Assembly: GCA_964016885.1 (NCBI GenBank)
Contig: OZ024752.1
Span: 45,322,001-45,386,000 of the forward strand
Direction of reading: 5' to 3'
Length of the DNA: 64,000 bases
DNA from: Eledone cirrhosa
Taxonomy: Eukaryota
In this document: one piece after another, positions 55,730 to 64,000 of the stretch
How positions within the stretch are numbered: position 1 is the first letter of the stretch
Layout: each line of letters starts with the position of its first letter
Translations under genes and position numbers: made by a program
The notes under the pieces: model-generated
What the model was told of the DNA's origin: nothing
What the model saw: the letters and a program-made list of their open reading frames with translations, nothing else
Database searches by the model: none

Positions 55730-56743
55730 GTGTTATCTGTCAAATGTCAGATAAATTTCGAAGTAAACATTTATGGCTGTGGGTCACAGTAGGTAAATAA
55801 ATATGGTGCATAAATAAATATATGTATTAAATATGTCAGTATTTCTGTAACATTACAAATATAGTATAAATATATCATCATTGATGTTGTCAGTCATTGA
55901 CTTAACTAAGGAACCCTCTCTACCCTATGACTAGGGCCAGGGGTTTCTTGGGAGAGGCTGGGCTTTATAAGAAGGATGGGATGGAGTAAAGATTGATTAA
56001 GATGAGGTGAGGTAAAGAAGGCTGATAAGTATGAATGACATGGATGAGGAACAACAGATGGGAAGCTTAATCAATAACCAATAACTGCCTGAATGATTGA
56101 GTATATATATAAACATGTCAAATTTTAGATATTTCTTCGTAGATTGAAAACAAAAAAAAAAACAAATGATGAATAGCTTTTGCTGTCTTGTACGCGGAGC
56201 TCAGCCCCAGCACTGCTGCACCCTAGGCCCAGAGCCAATCACCCTCTCCTTTTCCCCCTCACCCTTCCCCCTCACCCTTCCCCCTCCCCACCCTTTTCTG
56301 ATACTAGAGACCATGCCTTTCCCTTTTTTAGGGTACTTTTACAAAAATATTTACCTATTTTACATTCCATTCTTTCTTCTTAATCTATTTAATTTTTTTA
56401 TTTTTCTATTAAATTGTTTTTAATATCAATAAAATTATCAATAGCTTGCCAGTTTCGGTAGAGGGTCAGATGCCAAGCTTTACAGCATAGAGTTACATCC
56501 CTTTATGGTTTGAGTTGAAATTCCGCCGATAAAATAAAGTACCTGTAATGCACTGGGTTAATTTAATCGACTTTCCCCTAACCCTTCAAATTGCTGGCCT
56601 TGTTCCTAAAGTAGAAATGATTAAAAGTCGATTAAATCAACACCAGTACATTACTGGTACTTTATTTTATCGACCCAAAATTCTTGATTATTTTCAAAAC
56701 AAATTGAAAACCACAATCAGTGCCTGTCAGTAGAAACATTTAA

Positions 56744-58532
56744 CCCTTTAGCATTTCAACCGGCTGTATCTGGCCAGAATTTTCTCACCTTTTTCTGTTC
56801 AAACCAGCTGTAACTGGCCACTCATACTGATGTTAAGGTATTTTTCCTCAAAATAAATAATTCCCAAAACTCATAGATTCGATATTATGTGAGGTAAAGC
56901 TTTTACCATGAAAATACAATAGTATATATAGAGTAATGTAAATGTTATGTGAGATATTATGTGAGGTAAAGCCTTTACTGTGAAAATACAATAGTATATA
57001 TAGAGTAATGTAAATGCTATGTGAGATATTATGTGAGGTAAAGCCTTTACTGTGAAAATACAATAGTATATATAGAGTAATGTAAATGTTATGTGAGATA
57101 TTATGTGAGGTAAAGCCTTTACTGTGAAAATACAATAGTATATATAGACTAATGTAAATGTTGTGAGATATTATGTGAGGTAAAGCCTTTACTGTAAAAA
57201 TATAATAGTATATATAGAGTAATGTAAATATTATGTGAGATATTATGTGAGGTAAAGCCTTTACTGTGAAAATACAATAGTATATATAGACTAATGTAAA
57301 TGTTGTGAGATATTATGTGAGGTAAAGCCTTTACTGTAAAAATATAATAGTATATATAGAGTAATGTAAATGATATGTGAGATATTATGTGAGGTAAAGC
57401 CTTTACTGTGAAAATACAATAGTATATATAGAGTAATGTAAATGTTATGTGAGATATTATGAGAGGTAAAGCCTTTACTGTGAAAATACAATAGTATATA
57501 TAGAGTAATGTAAATGTTATGAGATATTATGTGAGGTAAAACCTTTACTGTGAAAATACAATAGTATATATAGAGTAATGTAAATGTTATGTGAGATATT
57601 ATGTGAGGTAAAGCCTTTACTGTGAAAATACAATAGTATATATAGAGTAATGTAAATGTTATGTGAGATATTATGTGAGGTAAAGCCTTTACTGTGAAAA
57701 TACAATAGTATATATATAGAGTAATGTAAATGTTATGTGAGATATTATGCGAGGCAAAGCCTTTACTGTGAAAATACAATAGTATATATAGAGTAATGTA
57801 AATGTTATGTGAGATATTATGTGAGGTAAAGCCTTTACTGTGAAAATACAATAGTATATATAGAGTAATGTAAATGTTATGTGAGATATTATGTGAGGTA
57901 AAGCCTTTACTGTGAAAATATAATAGTATATATAGAGTAATGTAAATGTTATGTGAGATATTATGTGAGGTAAAGCCTTTACCATGAAAATACAATAGTA
58001 TATATAGAGTAATGTAAATGTTATGTGAGATATTATGTGAGGTAAAGCCTTTACTGTGAAAATACAATAGTAAATATAGAGTAATGTAAATGTTATGCGA
58101 GATATTATGTGAGGTAAAGCCTTTACTGTGACAATACAATAGTATATATAGAGTAATGTAAATGTTATGTGAGATATTATGTGAGGTAAAGCCTTTACAG
58201 TGAAAATACAATAGTATATATAGAGTAATGTAAATGTTATGTGAGATATTATGCGAGGTAAAGCCTTTACCATGAAAATACAATAGTAAATATAGAGTAA
58301 TGTAAATGTTATGTGAGATATTATGTGAGGTGAAGCCTTTACTGTGAAAATACAATAGTATATATAGAGTAATGTAAATGTTATGTGAGATATTATGTGA
58401 GGTAAAACCTTTACTGTGAAAATATAATAGTATATATAGAGTAATGTAAATGTTATGTGAGATATTATGTGAGGTAAAGCCTTTACTGTGAAAATACAAT
58501 AGTAAATATAGAGTAATGTAAATGTTAAAGGG
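56744..58532 (+). mobile_element. piggyBac-like MITE with about 22 internal 72-bp units
   Basis: TTAA(56740-43)-CCCTTTA...TAAAGGG-TTAA(58533-36). Confidence 0.85.
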
Positions 58533-59006
58533 TTAATGAAAGGGTTAAATAAAGTATGAATAACACACACAAACATTTCCCTCAACATTTAATATTGAAG
58601 TTTAATCTTATATAAAAAAAAAAATTACACATACACTTATATATATAAATATATACAAACACACATACTTGTAAACATACACACATGCACATACATATAT
58701 GTAAATACTTTACAGGTGGGGGTGGGGATGTGCCAGATGATATATTTAGATTTCACACATATTAATACCATGTGTGTGTGTGTGTGTGTGTGTGTGTGAG
58801 TGTATGTGCTTGTGTATTACTTTCAGTGTATTCAAGTGTAGTTGGAAAGGTGAGGAAGTGTGTGTGTGGATGTGTGGAGGGTTGTGCAAGGGTGTTTACA
58901 ATTAGCCCAGGTATATATTTCAGTAAGCATGTATGTTGACTATATTTAGTCTTCATACAAGTGTGTCAGTGTAAAATGAGTTCATGTGTATATATATATT
59001 TGCTTA

Positions 59007-59068
<62 letters not shown>

Positions 59069-59506
59069 ATGTTAACACGAGAGTTATGTATTTGTATAAT
59101 TAGTTAGAGCGTGTGTGTGTGTAAATATATATACACATACTTATATATATGTGTGTATATGTATAAACTTATATATATATATATGTGTATGTATGTGTGT
59201 ATATATATATATATAAACTTATATATATATATATGTGTATATATGTGTGTATATATATATATATAAACTTATATATATATATATGTGTATATATGTGTGT
59301 ATATATATATATATATAGACTTATATATATATATGTGTGTGTGTATGTATATATATATATATATGTGTGTGTCTGTGTGTATATATATATGTACACTTAT
59401 ATATATATATGTGAATATATATATATATATACACACAAAAATATATATATATATATAGCTGCTGCATGCTGATGTATCTGTGTATGTATGTTTTTAACAT
59501 TAGTGC

Positions 59507-59558
<52 letters not shown>

Positions 59559-59801
59559 CATTTAGTTAGAGTGTATATATTTAGTAATACTAGTTGGTGC
59601 ATGTTGGAATAGATTTCCTCTTGCTACTACATTTTATTTACATTATATGTGTGTGTGTATATATATATATACACATACACACCCTCCTCCTCATTTAATA
59701 CTCATTCTCCCTGGTGGCAGGGACTGGGCATATATATATACATATGTATATACATGTATGTATATATATATGTGTGTGTGTATATATATATATATATATG
59801 T

Positions 59802-59851
<50 letters not shown>

Positions 59852-59971
59852 GTATACATATATATATATGTATATATATATGTATATATATATGTATATA
59901 TATATGTATACATATATATATATATATGTATATATATATGTATATATATATATATATGTATATATATATGT

Positions 59972-60013
<42 letters not shown>

Positions 60014-60015
60014 AC

Positions 60016-60047
<32 letters not shown>

Positions 60048-60053
60048 GTATAC

Positions 60054-60090
<37 letters not shown>

Positions 60091-61231
60091 TATGTATACA
60101 TATATGTATATAGTTCAAGGAAACAACAAAACAGATTCAAAAAGTCTTATTAGTTTCATGCTTTTTATGGAAAAGGGGGGAAAGAAAGTTGTTGTTGCTG
60201 TTGGTTGTAGTACTATCCTTGTTTTGTAGGTCTTTAAACCCTCCTATGACCTCCTAGGTCCTGGCCCCTTGGTTTACCCAGCATCCCTTCCTGTGGAAGA
60301 AACTCTGACTCTGTATATATACTTAATATCGACTGCAACAACAGAGATCAAACCAACTGCCCTATGTAGAACAGGTGTCTTCATAAGAATGTAATATATG
60401 GGTGTATAGTGAATGCTAGCAACAGAGAATATAAGTATATAGGTTTGACTGTGACTAGTTTTAAGGATATGCAGTATGACCATCACCACTCCTTTAAAAA
60501 AAATAGTCAAGTGGGGAACCACAACATTGTCTGAACTTGTATGACTTGTATGACCCTTTAGCATTTAAACCGGCCATATCTGGCCAGAATTCTTTCACCT
60601 ACCTCTGTTCAAACCGGCTGTAACCTGAACAATACCTTAACAATACCTTAACATACTGATGTTGAGGTATTGTTCTCAAAATAAATATCAAAATCTCATA
60701 GATTTGGGAGTCTCATAACTTAACTAGCACAGGTCCTCATTTCTCGTAAATCTGGCACTGCCCTGGCCTCTCTGGGAAAATGGGAAAATGGATGTTAAAT
60801 GATGATAAATGTTGATAATGATAATGATGATGATTACATTAAATGATGATCGTATGCAGGTATCTATATGTGTCTGTATCTGATCTAGTTTTGGCCTAGA
60901 ATTTCAGGATAAAGCAGCTAAATACAGACATAATCTTAATACACAAATTATTGAAAGCAGATTAAAATGGAAGCAGGGCATGTCATTGGCTGATTGAGCG
61001 ATGAAGATTTCCACCAGATTATACATCCATCCACCCACCCATACACATATATATACGTATATATATACACACGTGTACCCACACACATATATATATGTTT
61101 GTATATATATATATAAATATATATATATATGTGTATACATATATGTGTGTGTGTGTGTGTGTATATATATATTAGAAAGTGAGGTTTTTTTACAAAATGA
61201 AAAAAAACGAGGTGTCCTACACGAGTGAAAG

Positions 61232-61322
61232 TATAAGGAAAAAAGATGAAATTGAAAATGCAACTGGAGTCCTTTTTAAAAAGACTCCAGTTGCATTTTC
61301 GATTTCATCTTTTTTCCTTATA
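61232..61322. repeat. Near-perfect palindrome about 560 nt upstream of the Shal exon
   Basis: tataaggaaaaaagatgaaattgaaaatgcaactggagtc / gactccagttgcattttcgatttcatcttttttccttata. Confidence 0.9.
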
Positions 61323-61603
61323 TATATGTGTGTGTGTATATATATATATATTTATATATATATATACATTTATATATATATATAATTGTGTGTGTATATA
61401 TATATACCCCCTTACACTTTGGTTTAGAAATATGAGGAAAAATAGCAAAGTAGGGAATTTTATATATTTATTACATTGAGATTACTCTCTGTTGCTACTG
61501 TGTGTGTGTGTGTGTTCACATGAATGTATGTGAAAGTGGTTGCATAATGGGTGATAAGATATGCATGTCTGCATGTGTGTAAATATGGGGAAGTGTAGAT
61601 TTG

Positions 61604-61645
<42 letters not shown>

Positions 61646-61882
61646 CATGTGTGAATTTGTGTAAATTTGTGAATATGTAGTTTTGAGTGTGTGTGTCCTT
61701 GTGTGTGTTTGTGTGTGTGCATGTGTGTGTGTAGATTGCAGTACAAATATATATATATTCTAGATAGAACTGGGAAACCTATTATTAAAACACGCGATAA
61801 ACTTCTCATGAGATACAACTTTCTTTACAGCCACAAAAATGTCAGCTCTAAATTTCATTTCATTTCATTTCAATTTTTTCAG

Positions 61883-62045
61883 ATATGGTGACATGGTACC
61901 CAACACAATAACTGGTAAAATAGTCGGTGGTGTGTGTTCCCTCAGTGGTGTATTGGTTATTGCATTACCAGTGCCTGTAATTGTTTCAAACTTTAGTCGT
62001 ATTTATCATCAGAACCAAAGAGCAGACAAACGCAAGGCACAAAAG
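61883..62045 (+). CDS. Shal: Internal coding exon (163 nt) of a Kv4/Shal (KCND-family) voltage-gated potassium channel: end of pore loop, S6 and start of the cytoplasmic C-terminus
   Basis: Translates as (G)[54 protein letters not shown], the Kv4-diagnostic S6/C-terminal string ([22 protein letters not shown]). Acceptor ttttttcAG at 61881-61882 (phase 2, splitting the first Gly of GYG); donor AAG|GTAAAT at 62046. Confidence 0.97.
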
Positions 62046-62652
62046 GTAAATTTTGGCTTTTCTCCCTTTTTCATATTTTCTCTGATATTATCATGGTTGT
62101 TTGTGAAAGAGGAGCTATTTGATAGTAAAAATTAAACTATTGAATGATATTGTTGTCCTAATATTGTCAGAAATAAGTAAAACAAACTCGCTGTTGTCCT
62201 AATATTACCAGAAATAAGTAAAACAAACTCACTGTTGTCCTATTAAGCCAGAAAATAATAAAACAAACTGAATGTTTCAACACACAATTTCACATCAAAA
62301 ACGTTAGTAAACAAATACAAAATACATCACCACTATTGAAAGATAATTTTTCGATAAGGTTGTGGGATGTTCTTTGTAGTTTTTCCACCTTTTGTAGTTG
62401 CTTCACATTTATCACTGATGGAATTAGAAAGAAAAATCACTTGAAACAAAGTCTTTCACAATAAAGCTAACCTTTCCATTTATCATGATTGCTAAAACTA
62501 ATGAGTCTAGTAAGTTAGTGAAAGCCTCCCTTAATCACACGTCATCTAATCATCCATATAACTTCAATGGACATCAAACGCATCACAGTTTAGAGTTTGC
62601 AGATATGTATCTGTCAGGGTAGAATATATATTTATATATATATATATTATCT

Positions 62653-62701
<49 letters not shown>

Positions 62702-62899
62702 TAGATAGATAGATAGATAGAAAATAATAATAAAAGGATGATTTGTATTATCTTCATTACATTTATTGATTGGTGAATCTACAGTAACTGCACATTACAC
62801 TCCCTATATATATATATATATGTGTATATATATATATATATGTATGTATGTATATATATATATGTATGTATGTATGTATGTATATATATATATATATTG

Positions 62900-63689
62900 A
62901 GGGTAATGACTGCATTGAGGTAATGACAACACTGAGGTAATGACCACACTGAGGTAATGACCACACTGAGGTAATGATCACACTGAGGTAATGGCCACAC
63001 TGAGGTAATGGCCACACTGAGGTAATGGCCACACTGAGGTAATGACCACACTGAGGTAATGACCACACTGAGGTAATGGCCACACTGAGGTAATGACCAC
63101 ACTGAGGTAATGGCCACACTGAGGTAATGGCCACACTGAGGTAATGGCCACACTGAGGTAATGACCACACTGAGGTAATGACCACACTGAGGTAATGACC
63201 ACACTGAGGTAATGACCACACTGAGGTAATGACCACACTGAGGTAATGGCCACACTGAGGTAATGGCCACACTGAGGTAATGACAACACTGAGGTAATGA
63301 CAACACTGAGGTAATGGCCACACTGAGGTAATGACAACACTGAGGTAATGACAACACCGAGGTAATGACAACACCGAGGTAATGACAACACCGAGGTAAT
63401 GACAACACCGAGGTAATGACAACACCGAGGTAATGACAACACCGAGGTAATGACAACACCGAGGTAATGACAACACCGAGGTAATGACAACACCGAGGTA
63501 ATGACAACACCGAGGTAATGACAACACCGAGGTAATGACAACACTGAGGTAATGACAACACTGAGGTAATGACAACACTGAGGTAATGACAACACCGAGG
63601 TAATGACAACACCGAGGTAATGACAACACCGAGGTAATGACCACACCGAGGTAATGACCACACCGAGGTAATGACAACACTGAGGTAAT
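62900..63689. repeat. 17-bp minisatellite, about 46 copies
   Basis: Unit gaggtaatgac(a/c)acac(t/c). Confidence 0.95.
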
Positions 63690-64000
63690 ATTAAAAATAG
63701 AATCCTTTCTACATTAACTGAAACATCTAGAAGAAATAATGGTTTCTAAGTTAGACACATAGCCATCAACTTTTTATGTAAACAACTGGTGATGACACTA
63801 GCCCCAGTATATCTCTGGTAGTTTATTTTATCTTTGCCCAGGTAGATAAAAGAAGTTGTACCTTGTCATAATTTGAAAACAGAATATAAGTGGATGAAAT
63901 AGAAATTATTTTGTCTGCCAATCCACTCTTAATAGAATAAATTACACAAGTTAAACCTATAATGAGAAATCAATTGATTAATTTAGGTTCGTTAATGAAA

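Noticed and set aside
62275-62336. Possible editing complementary sequence (aacacaca, aatac..accact) for the S6 exon
   Set aside because: The matches are short and in the wrong order for one antiparallel duplex.

Overview
Eukaryotic, very AT-rich and microsatellite-dense animal DNA. The repeat families look like those of a coleoid cephalopod (octopus-like; inference). The only host coding exon I can support is at 61883-62045 (+). It encodes the pore-S6 segment of a Kv4/Shal voltage-gated K+ channel (YGDMVP...[30 protein letters not shown]), so everything upstream is most simply read as >61.8 kb of one giant intron that splits the GYG selectivity filter. The rest is microsatellite, minisatellite, tRNA-SINE, RTE-LINE debris and piggyBac-/mariner-type MITEs, and almost all listed ORFs are low-complexity artefacts. 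Two hidden signals stand out. (1) At least six sequence-unrelated short elements each fold into a type I hammerhead ribozyme (51-196 +, 5423-5498 +, 20514-20593 -, 24105-24169 -, 33469-33519 -, 54170-54265 -, plus decayed or partial copies). They sit in (TA)n tracts, are mostly 5'-inverted or palindromic, and resemble Penelope-like element (PLE) termini or retrozymes. Some have non-canonical cores (U4A; U.U at the base of stem II). (2) A textbook recursive-splicing ratchet point (long AG-free pyrimidine tract + CAG|GTAAGT) lies at 32586-32594 inside the giant Shal intron. All folds were done by eye; no database searches were run.
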